The notes under the pieces: generated by a model
Databases searched by the model: none
The model's input: only the letters and a program-made list of their open reading frames with translations
Told to the model about the DNA's origin: nothing
Made by a program: the position numbers and the translations under genes
From: a virus
Reading direction: 5' to 3' (one strand)
DNA length: 51,042 nt
IMG/VR virus record: IMGVR_UViG_3300017420_000001
Span: 1 to 51,042 of that record
Shown: positions 25,266 through 33,523 of the stretch, piece after piece
Position numbering within the stretch: the stretch's first letter is position 1
Layout of the letters: each line of letters starts with the position of its first letter

Positions 25266-26345
25266 TCAAATCCTCCTTGGCATGATGATTGCAAAGCGGT
25301 CCATGCCATCGCCCACGCGCGCTAAGATCGGCTTTACCGCTTCGGTAATCAGTAACGATAGCCGTTCGCCCGCGAACGCCTTGCACGTCCTCTCTAGGTA
25401 CGCGCTCGACAGCCCGAACGGCGGCAGGTTGCCCGTTACGTCGGCCGCGACCGTATCTACCGCCTCACCTTCTCCCGTGCGCGCCTGGATCGTCACACCG
25501 CTATCATCGGGGCTGATGGCGAGCGCGGCCCCAAACTTGCCCGCCGCATTGCCAAACCCTTTGGTGCCGCTCGCTGCGCTGGCGAGGTCATCGGCTTGCG
25601 CCGTAACCGCAATGGGCGGATCAATGGGCACCGCTTGCATGTAGGCCGGAAACTTGCCCTCGACCAACGGCGCCACCAACTCCCCCTCGGGCCATTGCAA
25701 CGCTACCTTGCGCTTGCCGATAAGCAGCGTGGTGCTATCGCCCATACCCAGCCGCTCCGCTTCTCTGGCGAACGTAACCGGCACGGTCACGGGCTCAATA
25801 TCAGGAGCCTCGCCGTATTCGATCATGGCAATAGCGTCGCCATCGGTAGCAGCGAGGCACAGTTTGCCGTCGCGCGATTGCAGATTGATCCCGCACATAT
25901 TGGCGCGTGTCTTGGCGTCGGTATCGGCGAACGGCCCGGCGAACGCGAAACATTCTACCAGCCGCTTCGCGTCGATTAGGAGGCAAGTGCCATCGAACCG
26001 TTCAAGCGCCGGAAAGGCATCGCCCGCCGATACTTGTAGCTTGCGCCGCGAGCCCTTCGCCTTGATCGTTAGCGCCGAGCCGTCAAGGTCGATATCAAGC
26101 GTATCGGCCTTCATTTTGCCCGCTGCATCGGCCAGCTTGTCGGCGGGCGCCAGCGTGGGCGCTAGATCGCCCTCGCACGGGCTATGCAGCGTAAGCCAAT
26201 ACTCGCCGTTCGATGCAGTGACGGTTAGTCGCCCATCGGTTGCCGATAGCAGTACGTTGCGGAAAGCGGGGACGGGGTTTTTGGCATCGGCAATGCGGGC
26301 GCACGCAGATGCCATGCGGGCAAAATCCTCGGTTGCGATTTTCAT
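25266..26345 (-). CDS. dnaN: DNA polymerase III beta sliding clamp homologue
   Basis: 359 aa. It has PAFRNVLLSATDGRLTVTASNGE, GKFPAYMQAVP and FAIIMPRRI, which are DnaN hallmarks in the three-domain order. Confidence 0.8.
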   Translation of the reverse strand: MKIATEDFARMASACARIADAKNPVPAFRNVLLSATDGRLTVTASNGEYWLTLHSPCEGDLAPTLAPADKLADAAGKMKADTLDIDLDGSALTIKAKGSRRKLQVSAGDAFPALERFDGTCLLIDAKRLVECFAFAGPFADTDAKTRANMCGINLQSRDGKLCLAATDGDAIAMIEYGEAPDIEPVTVPVTFAREAERLGMGDSTTLLIGKRKVALQWPEGELVAPLVEGKFPAYMQAVPIDPPIAVTAQADDLASAASGTKGFGNAAGKFGAALAISPDDSGVTIQARTGEGEAVDTVAADVTGNLPPFGLSSAYLERTCKAFAGERLSLLITEAVKPILARVGDGMDRFAIIMPRRI

Positions 26346-26491
26346 GCGCGCCCTCCTTGAGCCTTATGTTCAGCTTTCACGGTATCGAGAAAATCAGCAA
26401 TGCGCTTCAGGCTGATAGCAATCGACCGTTGCGCCGCCACCACCTCAAACTCCAATTGGTGCTCGCTGGCATCGTATGCGCCGTCCTCCAT
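26342..26491 (-). CDS. Small hypothetical protein (49 aa)
   Basis: Internal ATG at 26491 (MEDGAYDASEH...). It is translationally coupled on both sides. Confidence 0.4.
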   Translation of the reverse strand: MEDGAYDASEHQLEFEVVAAQRSIAISLKRIADFLDTVKAEHKAQGGRA

Positions 26492-26694
26492 CACACCTTC
26501 TCCAAAATGCCGCACCGGCCCATTGCGGGGCCTTCGCCCGCGAAGTCGGTCGGAACCCATCGCCCGCTCCGCACCTCGTCGGGATGCACCACCGCCATTA
26601 GCAGCGTAGTGCCCGGCTTATGCGGCGCTTGTTGATACCATCCCTGCCCGGCCGTGGGGCGAAACTTGCGGCCTGTCTTTGCGCATGTAAGCAT
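26491..26694 (-). CDS. Small hypothetical protein (67 aa)
   Basis: Its ATG at 26694 overlaps the PAPS-reductase stop (TAATG). Starts MLTCAKTGRKFRP... Confidence 0.45.
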   Translation of the reverse strand: MLTCAKTGRKFRPTAGQGWYQQAPHKPGTTLLMAVVHPDEVRSGRWVPTDFAGEGPAMGRCGILEKV

Positions 26695-27911
26695 TATGAT
26701 ACCTCCATATTTCCCGCCGCGCGGGCTTTCTTGATAACCAGATACTTGGCGTACGCTTCGGACTTGGGTTGCGTCAACCCGAGCCCCTTGCACCACCAAT
26801 CATTACGCAACAAAACCTTGCACATCCGCCGCCAGGATGGCGCCCATTGCTTATCCTCCAAAACTTTGGGCGCTTCATCGGGAATAGCATCATAGCCGCG
26901 CCCGCGCCAGCCCTTGATGAACGAGCGGAACCTCTTGATGTAGTGATCTCGCGTTTGCTTGGGCATACTCGATAGCAGCAGGTTTGTGAACGACTTCCAG
27001 CTATGCCCCTCGGGCTTGGTGATTTTTTGATACCCCATGACGTTGCCGCTTTCACCTACGTAAAGCGCGCCACTGTTCGCGCCGTTGACGCGGGCAATCA
27101 GCTTGAACCACGTTTCGGGCTCTAGGATGTGGTACAGCCACAGTCCCTTGCGCTGGTCGTCGCCGTAAGGCTGGCAAAGCCGCTGTTGACTAATCGGCAC
27201 CCCGGCCTTGTGCATAAGGTCATAGATCGCGTTGTGCGGCTTGTCGGGAAACGCAGCGTGGAAGCGCCAGATATCCTCGGTTCGCCAATCATAGATTGGA
27301 TAGACGTTGAACACGTCCGGCGCCACCTCGGTTGTCCACCGCTTGCCGCCGTGCATGGTTTTGTCGAATACCGCGATCGTCCGAAAACGGTTGATACTTT
27401 CATCCGCGCGGATACCCACAAAACCGCCCGTTAGATGCCCATCCGCGTACCACTCTCCAAACAGCACCACGAATTCCTCAAACTCCATACCGGGCTGGAA
27501 AAACGGATAGTGGGCAAGATCGGTCACAGCGTTGCGCGGAAACTCACGCACCCAAATGTCACGCTTGTCAGGCTCCCAACATTGCCAGCGCGGCTCGTAA
27601 TTCGTTACCGCGTTGCGGAGCGACATGGGCAGGCATACCCAATGCAAGTCGATCCACAGCGCATACATCGCGGTCATTTCCTCAATATGCGCGATGGTGG
27701 CGGCGTACTGCGCTTCCAGGTCCACGATAAGCACGCCCACACGCCGGCCGCGCCGCATTGCTTCCTCTAGGACTAGGTGCAGCATGACGCTGCTATCCTT
27801 GCCGCCAGAAAAGCTAACGTAAACGCGCTCCATATTGTCGAACACGTATGCAATCCGCTCGCGCGCCGCATCCAACACGTTCTGTTTGCGGTATTTCTTT
27901 AGCTTGCTCAT
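26694..27911 (-). CDS. PAPS reductase / PP-loop ATPase family protein, IbrA-like (paralogue 2)
   Basis: I prefer the ATG at 27911 (MSKLKKYRKQN). It has a canonical PP-loop (VSFSGGKDSSV) and a long C-terminal extension as in IbrA/DUF3440 proteins. 405 aa. Confidence 0.8.
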   Translation of the reverse strand: MSKLKKYRKQNVLDAARERIAYVFDNMERVYVSFSGGKDSSVMLHLVLEEAMRRGRRVGVLIVDLEAQYAATIAHIEEMTAMYALWIDLHWVCLPMSLRNAVTNYEPRWQCWEPDKRDIWVREFPRNAVTDLAHYPFFQPGMEFEEFVVLFGEWYADGHLTGGFVGIRADESINRFRTIAVFDKTMHGGKRWTTEVAPDVFNVYPIYDWRTEDIWRFHAAFPDKPHNAIYDLMHKAGVPISQQRLCQPYGDDQRKGLWLYHILEPETWFKLIARVNGANSGALYVGESGNVMGYQKITKPEGHSWKSFTNLLLSSMPKQTRDHYIKRFRSFIKGWRGRGYDAIPDEAPKVLEDKQWAPSWRRMCKVLLRNDWWCKGLGLTQPKSEAYAKYLVIKKARAAGNMEVS

Positions 27912-28339
27912 CAATAAAGGTCCGCTTCGGTTTTGCTCTGCGCTTCCTCCAGGCTTAGCGCGGGCTCGCCACGCGATGCAAGCCAAATGTTGAGGTAGCG
28001 CAACGCCGCCTCGTTAGCCGCCAGCTTCTCCCCTTCGTCAAGTTGATTGAACCCGCCGCGAAACTGCGATGGCACGCCCGTTGCGTAGCACATTGCCGCT
28101 TGCCCGAGCCAGGCAATCCGGTTCATACGCTCGTTGCTAAGGTAGTGCTCGCAACTGTTCGGCCAATCCCGCAACAGGCTTTCCATCGTTGCTTCAAATA
28201 GCGGAATGTTGCGTAGAAACTTGCCGTATAGGCGTCGGCATTCGTCTTCGTCTAGCGACTTGTCACGCGGCTTGCTATTGTAGAAACCCGCCGGAAAGCA
28301 CTCCCACCGATCCCATGTGTGATAAACTCGCTGCATCAC
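27911..28339 (-). CDS. Hypothetical protein inserted between the ParB-like and PAPS-reductase genes
   Basis: 142 aa with overlaps at both ends (ATGA and TGATG). W/C/Y-rich N-terminus (YHTWDRWECFPAGFY). No family recognised. Confidence 0.6.
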   Translation of the reverse strand: MMQRVYHTWDRWECFPAGFYNSKPRDKSLDEDECRRLYGKFLRNIPLFEATMESLLRDWPNSCEHYLSNERMNRIAWLGQAAMCYATGVPSQFRGGFNQLDEGEKLAANEAALRYLNIWLASRGEPALSLEEAQSKTEADLY

Positions 28340-29001
28340 GCATCCTCCGTAAGCGGTTCAATCTCGTCTTCGAAGTCATCAACATCCCAAGATGCGCTAA
28401 ACTCTTGATCCGCGAACAATTCCGCTAGTCCGCTAAGCTGGCAAAGGCGCAGCACTTCGTCCGCATCCATGCCTAGCTGTTTGGCAATCTTGGTATCAGA
28501 CCAATTTCGGCGCTTCAACTCGACCACAATATCGGACATAGCCTCTACCCGATGCTTACCGCGCGCTCGGTTGTGGCGAATGGTAGAGGCCATGCGATCG
28601 GTCGCGTCGCGCTGGCTGTTGCGGATTGCCACCAGCGGCAAGTGTCCGTGAACGCGGGCCTGGATATCGGCGCATTCCTTACCGACGCGGTGCCGGTGGA
28701 AGCCGTCGATAACCTGATAGCGCCCATCCTCGTCGGGCATAGACACGATCGGCTGTGTGTAGCCGTCCGCGTCGATCGACAAGCGCAACAATTCCATCTC
28801 GGGCGGGGCAACACTATTCGGATTGTAATCGTTGGCGTATACCGCGTCATTGCGCACCCACCGCACAAAATCGACCGGCTCCGATGCGAACGGGCTATAT
28901 TCGTGGATAAGCGCCCGCATATCGTTTATCATGGCGATAAGCGGCTCGCCTTGCAGCTTGCCTAGCGTTGCTCGCATAGCGGCGGTCAGTAGCGCGTCCA
29001 T
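28336..29001 (-). CDS. ParB/Srx-fold nuclease-domain protein, IbrB-like
   Basis: 221 aa. NPNSVAPPEMELLRLSIDADGYTQPIV...YQVIDGFHRHRV is the ParB N-terminal domain motif set. Confidence 0.8.
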   Translation of the reverse strand: MDALLTAAMRATLGKLQGEPLIAMINDMRALIHEYSPFASEPVDFVRWVRNDAVYANDYNPNSVAPPEMELLRLSIDADGYTQPIVSMPDEDGRYQVIDGFHRHRVGKECADIQARVHGHLPLVAIRNSQRDATDRMASTIRHNRARGKHRVEAMSDIVVELKRRNWSDTKIAKQLGMDADEVLRLCQLSGLAELFADQEFSASWDVDDFEDEIEPLTEDA

Positions 29002-29111
29002 CAGCCTTCCTCCGCGTTATCGGCATGATACCACGCCACATGCACCCATCGCAGTAACAGCGCCGCGAACGCGACGTACATCGCGACGATCATCCAGAAC
29101 CAGTAAGGCAA
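29001..29111 (-). CDS. Leader membrane peptide (36 aa), below the ORF-track cutoff
   Basis: GGAGGA (29121-29116), then a TTG start at 29111. Translation: (M)PYWFWMIVAMYVAFAALLLRWVHVAWYHADNAEEG. Its TGA overlaps the ParB-like ATG. Confidence 0.35.
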   Translation of the reverse strand: MPYWFWMIVAMYVAFAALLLRWVHVAWYHADNAEEG

Positions 29112-29212
29112 TGCGTCCTCCTATATGACGCACCCCCTATGCCGCGCATTTTTCTCGTTGACAAGCAAAATCGGTTCGGGCAATCCGTCGCTACCAACTA
29201 CAGGAGGCTTAC

Positions 29213-29380
29213 ATGATCCCCACGTTTCGCGAATGGCTTGCAGCCAACCGCCCCGACCCGATCGCCGCGCAGGTTGATCGCATCCACGCCGCCGCCCGTC
29301 AGCCGCTGTTCACGCCCACCGACAAGCGCCCCGGCGACCGCGTGCTGGGTTCGGGCGGTGTTTGGGGGACGGTGTTGTGA
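29213..29380 (+). CDS. Small hypothetical protein (55 aa), below the ORF-track cutoff
   Basis: AGGAGG RBS with ATG at 29213 (MIPTFREWLAANRPDP...). TTGACA sits at 29158-29163, 49 nt upstream. Confidence 0.45.
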   Translation: MIPTFREWLAANRPDPIAAQVDRIHAAARQPLFTPTDKRPGDRVLGSGGVWGTVL

Positions 29381-29646
29381 GTGCGTATCGCTACCTCGCA
29401 GGCAAGATCGTAGAGTTCAGTCGTGGTGAATACAGCGATTATACAACGTGCGGCCTGATGGTCACACTTCAAGACATCAAACTTGATACGCTAGCTCTTG
29501 CGTATCGGGAAGAATACAAGCCGAAAGGTGTATGGGACAAGCCGAGCCACGATGGCTTCATGGGCTGGCTGGTTGCAAAGCAATACATGGCTCCTATCGA
29601 TTACGATAGCATCCATCTTGGAAGCTATGACGATTGGGACATTTAA
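29377..29646 (+). CDS. Small hypothetical protein
   Basis: The GTG at 29377 overlaps the upstream TGA (GTGA). The track gives a TTG at 29362. Visibly AT-richer. Confidence 0.5.
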   Translation: MSAYRYLAGKIVEFSRGEYSDYTTCGLMVTLQDIKLDTLALAYREEYKPKGVWDKPSHDGFMGWLVAKQYMAPIDYDSIHLGSYDDWDI

Positions 29647-30086
29647 CCAACCAACTCCACAACCCCTAACACCCGCCGCAACTCGGCAACTTTTGCCTCC
29701 AACGCCTCACCAAACTGGCGTTGGAGGCATCCGTATTCATCGGCTTCACCCGTTTTCAGCATACGCTGCAAACGGTTTACGCAATGCTCCTCATACCGCA
29801 TGGCGTTGGATGCATCGTCAATGGGCGCGGCTTCGGGCTGGTACAGCGCGAGGCTTCGACCGTCGCCCACAGTATCCGCCCACCATGCGTGCGTCACGTC
29901 ATGTTCTAGCGTGTAGCGCCACCAATCATCGCCATAACCCGCCCACCGCGCCACGCGCCGCTGTTCGGCGTTATCCACGCCGCTGCGGTGCATCTCGTTG
30001 ACCGTGCCGTCATCGAATGTCGTAACGGCCATGTCGGCGTCCAGGCGAATCGAGCAACGGGCGAATGTCAGGGTTACGGTGCGCAT
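29643..30086 (-). CDS. Hypothetical protein
   Basis: 147-aa W-rich ORF, a lone minus-strand gene between plus-strand morons. Confidence 0.5.
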   Translation of the reverse strand: MRTVTLTFARCSIRLDADMAVTTFDDGTVNEMHRSGVDNAEQRRVARWAGYGDDWWRYTLEHDVTHAWWADTVGDGRSLALYQPEAAPIDDASNAMRYEEHCVNRLQRMLKTGEADEYGCLQRQFGEALEAKVAELRRVLGVVELVG

Positions 30087-30109
30087 CGCATTTTTTTATC
30101 AGAAAGTGC

Positions 30110-30137
30110 TTGACGTGTCCAATGCGTGCGGTAAGGT
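30110..30137 (+). promoter_or_regulatory. Candidate sigma70-type promoter
   Basis: TTGACG (30110-30115), 16-nt spacer, TAAGGT (30132-30137), preceded by a T7 run. GGAGGA RBS at 30155-30160. Confidence 0.5.
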
Positions 30138-30167
30138 GGCGGGGTCAACACGATGGAGGAATGAAAA

Positions 30168-30578
30168 ATGACCAAGGTTGTAGTTAATAAGTGCTATGGC
30201 GGCTTTGGCCTTAGCGATGCCGGAATGCGCGCTTATGCCAAAGCCAAAGGGATAACTTTGTATCCCGAGGATGGCCAATTTGGCATGGTGACGTATTTCA
30301 CGGTGCCCGTTAACGAGCGGTTGGGCGAAATTGATTTTTACAATGCTTCCATGCCCGAACGTAAAGCATACAATCAACGATATCGGCAAGAGCGTCTTTA
30401 CGATGGTGATCTAGAACGAGACGATCCCATCCTAATTGACGTGGTGGAGCGACTTGGCGATGCCGCTAACGGCAGGTATGCTCGCCTTGAAGTGACAGAA
30501 GTTCCCGACGATGTTGATTGGGAAATTGGCGAATATGACGGTCAGGAATGGGTGCAAGAAAAGCATAAAACTTGGTAA
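30168..30578 (+). CDS. Hypothetical protein (moron)
   Basis: 136 aa starting MTKVVVNKCYGGFGLS... It has its own promoter and terminator and is AT-richer. Confidence 0.65.
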   Translation: MTKVVVNKCYGGFGLSDAGMRAYAKAKGITLYPEDGQFGMVTYFTVPVNERLGEIDFYNASMPERKAYNQRYRQERLYDGDLERDDPILIDVVERLGDAANGRYARLEVTEVPDDVDWEIGEYDGQEWVQEKHKTW

Positions 30579-30583
30579 GCTAA

Positions 30584-30611
30584 ACGCCCGCCCTCACCCG
30601 GCGGGCGTTTT
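30584..30611 (+). terminator. Rho-independent terminator
   Basis: Stem acgcccgcc / ggcgggcgt (30584-30592 / 30600-30608) followed by TTTT. It overlaps the 3' end of the o-spanin gene. Confidence 0.75.
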
Positions 30612-30890
30612 CGTGCACGGCATCACCAGCGCCCGCAACTCTCGCCCCCACTGGCGAAGCTGTAGCGCGCTAGACGCGACTAGGTCGAGGTCATGCGCAG
30701 CTTGCCCGTTGAGCCGGTCGCCCACCTTGGCGGGTTCGGCGGGCACCGCGCCCGCATCCACGCAAGCAACGGGCGTAGGCACCTTGACTTCGACGCGCTC
30801 GACCCGAACGGCGGGCGGCTGGCTGGTCGCGCACGCCATGAGGATCGCGCACAGGCTTAGCGCCATGGCATTGTAGATACGCCGCATCAC
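30594..30890 (-). CDS. Outer-membrane spanin (o-spanin, Rz1-like lipoprotein)
   Basis: Signal peptide plus lipobox MALSLCAILMAC, with a Pro-rich mature part. Its ATG overlaps the i-spanin stop (ATGA). Confidence 0.7.
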   Translation of the reverse strand: MMRRIYNAMALSLCAILMACATSQPPAVRVERVEVKVPTPVACVDAGAVPAEPAKVGDRLNGQAAHDLDLVASSALQLRQWGRELRALVMPCTKTPAG

Positions 30891-31330
30891 AAGTCACCTT
30901 TGAGCGCTATGACCGCCTCGGACGTGCGCGATTGATCGCCGCCAGTCTTTGGGTTTGCTGATAGCCGCGAAGCCGCTTCCAGCGTTCGTGTTCCTTTGCG
31001 GACCTCTGCCAGGATCAGTGCCCGACCCTCTAGCAGGCGCCGCTCGCCTTCCGCCTGCGCGGCCATGACAGCGGCGTTTTGGCGGTCGATATCTGATTGC
31101 AGTCCCGCGATACTGGCGTTGCTCACCTCTAGCTTTGCCAGCGCATTTGCCCGCTCGGTGCGCGCCGCTTCTAATTTAGCGTCTAGCATCCGAAAGCCCA
31201 CAAACGCCGCTAGGATCAACGCCGCGCCTGCGATGTAGGGCCAAAAGCGGGCGAGTATCGCAGTCACTTGGCAGGCTCCACTACGGGCGTGCGTGGCGAG
31301 GAAAGCGATAAGGGTATGTTTGTCGGTCAC
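30887..31330 (-). CDS. Inner-membrane spanin (i-spanin, Rz-like)
   Basis: 147 aa with an N-terminal TM helix (FWPYIAGAALILAAFVGF) and then a coiled-coil region. Directly downstream of the endolysin. Confidence 0.7.
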   Translation of the reverse strand: MTDKHTLIAFLATHARSGACQVTAILARFWPYIAGAALILAAFVGFRMLDAKLEAARTERANALAKLEVSNASIAGLQSDIDRQNAAVMAAQAEGERRLLEGRALILAEVRKGTRTLEAASRLSANPKTGGDQSRTSEAVIALKGDL

Positions 31331-31905
31331 TCCACACCCCCGTCGCGCAACGCCCGTTCGAACGCCTGTGCGTAATCCTCGACTAGATCAGCCTTGTCCT
31401 GAATGTTCACCAGATAGCGGGCGTTGATGTATTGCGCCCGCGTGGCTGTGCCCTTGCTCGGAAGCCGATCGCGCATCCGCTTGCCCTGCGCGTCGTATCG
31501 GCCTTCCTCTAGGCCCTTGCGCAGCGCCAACGCGGCGATATCGGGCCGCATGGCAAGGTCGGGGTTGGCGAGGATATCGCCCAGCTTGGTCAAACCCGCC
31601 GCCGCGCTCGCGGCATCGAGCCATGCGTAATTTTTCTCCCACGTAATCTGAACGTAGCCGCGCCCATACCAAGGATAGTAGCGCAGATTGCGCTTGCGCC
31701 ATGCCTCCGACAGATTGAACGCCTCGCGCACCGGCTGCATGGTGGCAGCGGTTTCGTGCCATGCGGTTGCCAGCATGTACGCCTGCCACGATAGCGGCGC
31801 GCCGTCGATCGCCGCTAGGATCGTTTCGATGCCCCCAACCTGTGACGGGCTTAGCTTGCCGAGACGGGCGCGGACGGTGGCGTAAAACGGGGGCTTATTC
31901 AGCAT
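31327..31905 (-). CDS. Endolysin (glycoside hydrolase family 19-like)
   Basis: 192 aa. LATAWHETAATMQPVREA and YYPWYGRGYVQITWEKNY match GH19 chitinase/lysozyme motifs. Confidence 0.75.
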   Translation of the reverse strand: MLNKPPFYATVRARLGKLSPSQVGGIETILAAIDGAPLSWQAYMLATAWHETAATMQPVREAFNLSEAWRKRNLRYYPWYGRGYVQITWEKNYAWLDAASAAAGLTKLGDILANPDLAMRPDIAALALRKGLEEGRYDAQGKRMRDRLPSKGTATRAQYINARYLVNIQDKADLVEDYAQAFERALRDGGVE

Positions 31906-31985
31906 CGCGTTAGGTTAGCATTTTTTCTCTTGACAGGGCAGGGCGGGCGTGGGATGCGGGTGGGGTTAAACCGATGGAGGGTGGA

Positions 31986-32201
31986 ATGCACGTTACCCCA
32001 GCCAAAAAGCTGCTTGCCGGATATTATCGGCTAAGCGGCAATGATTATTACGCTAACATTAAAAAATCACGCGATGACGGAATGTGGCATGCCGAAATCC
32101 GCAACAATGATGGCAAGGTTGTGCAATTTGCTGGCATCTGGAAAACCAAGAAGGATGCCCACGAAGAGGCCGAAATGGTGCTTTCCCATTGGCAACGCTA
32201 A
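31986..32201 (+). CDS. Small hypothetical protein (moron)
   Basis: I prefer the ATG at 31986 after GGAGGGTGG. TTGACA at 31930-31935 follows a T6 run. AT-richer. Confidence 0.5.
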   Translation: MHVTPAKKLLAGYYRLSGNDYYANIKKSRDDGMWHAEIRNNDGKVVQFAGIWKTKKDAHEEAEMVLSHWQR

Positions 32202-33325
32202 CCCACCATCTCCGGCACCACCGTAATTGCCCCAACTTGTCCATACCGTTCATGATAGGTGTACGCGGTGATTTGCCGTTCACTGAACCACCCGCCACGG
32301 GCGGCGTAGGCATCGCGGGCGGCTAGGGTCGAGTGCTGACATACCGTCATGCCAGCGTGTTCCTTAACCTCCAGATGGTGCCTATGCCCGGTGTGGGCGT
32401 AACGCTTGGTCGTCGCGCCCCACATGGCCGGATATTGCGAGGCGAACAGCAACGGAAGCGATGCGTTCTTGCTTAGGTGCCCGTGGTGGAAGGCGAGCAT
32501 GGTCAATCCGTGCCGATAGACATAGTACGGCAACTCGCTGTCATTGACCGTGATGCGCGGTTCGTTTTCGTACAACGCCGCGAACATGAGGCGAAGCCAC
32601 ACGCTGCCGCTCAGATCGTGATTGCCTTCCGCTACCACCAGATGCACGCGGGCGTGCTTGGCGAGCGCGTAATCCACGATCCGCCGCAAGATACGGATGG
32701 CCGCGCCTACCATCTTGCTGTACCGCCCATCCTGGTCCACGATGTGCCCGCTAGTGGGCGTGACGGGCGCGAGGCTGTCGGAATGTAGCCAGTCGCCGCA
32801 TTGGTTAATGATTGCTGTCTCTGCCTGCGGGCTCGCCTCCACCATGCGCTCGAAACACCGCGTTAGCGTTTCCTCCGCGATCGACAAATCCCAATCGGCC
32901 CCGCCCTCGCGATGCCACGCCAGCATCCCGACGTGACAGTCAGTCAGTGTATAGAGGTTGCACAATGCGCTATCGGTATCGGCGGGCGGGCGCATCAACG
33001 TGCGGCGTGGCAATTCCTCACGCATCGCCTCCGCGCTGGCGCGCATGAAGTCGGATAGCCTCTCGCCTTCCGGCGACTGTCGCTCCCAAGTTCGTTCGAC
33101 CATACCATCCGCGCCACGCTGAACAGTGACTTTGCCCATGGCGTACCCCGGCGCCACGCCGCTTACGAAATGCCCCGGCGCGTGGCCTAAGCGGGCAATG
33201 CGGGCCATCGTGCGACTGACTGCGCTGTGATGGATGCCAAGCGCGCGGGCGGCGGGGCGTTGCCCGCCATGCTCCTTTACGGCTTCCATTACCTCGCGCT
33301 GGCGATCGGTCAAGTCGGCTTCCAT
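32198..33325 (-). CDS. HTH domain fused to a calcineurin-like (Mre11/SbcD-type) metallophosphoesterase
   Basis: I prefer the ATG at 33325 (MEADLTDRQREVMEAV...ARALGIHHSAVSRTMARI). The C-terminal motifs are GDWLHSD, EGNHD, FHHGH and GHRHH. Confidence 0.7.
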   Translation of the reverse strand: MEADLTDRQREVMEAVKEHGGQRPAARALGIHHSAVSRTMARIARLGHAPGHFVSGVAPGYAMGKVTVQRGADGMVERTWERQSPEGERLSDFMRASAEAMREELPRRTLMRPPADTDSALCNLYTLTDCHVGMLAWHREGGADWDLSIAEETLTRCFERMVEASPQAETAIINQCGDWLHSDSLAPVTPTSGHIVDQDGRYSKMVGAAIRILRRIVDYALAKHARVHLVVAEGNHDLSGSVWLRLMFAALYENEPRITVNDSELPYYVYRHGLTMLAFHHGHLSKNASLPLLFASQYPAMWGATTKRYAHTGHRHHLEVKEHAGMTVCQHSTLAARDAYAARGGWFSERQITAYTYHERYGQVGAITVVPEMVG

Positions 33326-33494
33326 GCATCCTCCGAAATTAGGTGTTGCGCGGCATAGCCGATTGTGCAATCAATGTCAAAGAGGCCCGCCGTGGGGCCG
33401 CTTCTAGTCTGGCCTAGATAAGCGACACGCCAGCGTCACAAGCAGGGTAGAGCCTTAGGCCGGAACAGCTAGACTCGTTGTCGCACACGGACAC

Positions 33495-33523
33495 TTGACA
33501 CGCATCCCAAACCGCACTAAAAG
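33495..33523 (+). promoter_or_regulatory. Candidate sigma70-type promoter upstream of the tRNA
   Basis: TTGACA (33495-33500), 17-nt spacer, TAAAAG (33518-33523). Confidence 0.5.

Noticed and set aside
30099-30389. 96-aa minus-strand ORF
   Set aside because: It is antisense to the well-supported plus-strand moron 30168..30578 and spans that gene's promoter. It has no RBS.
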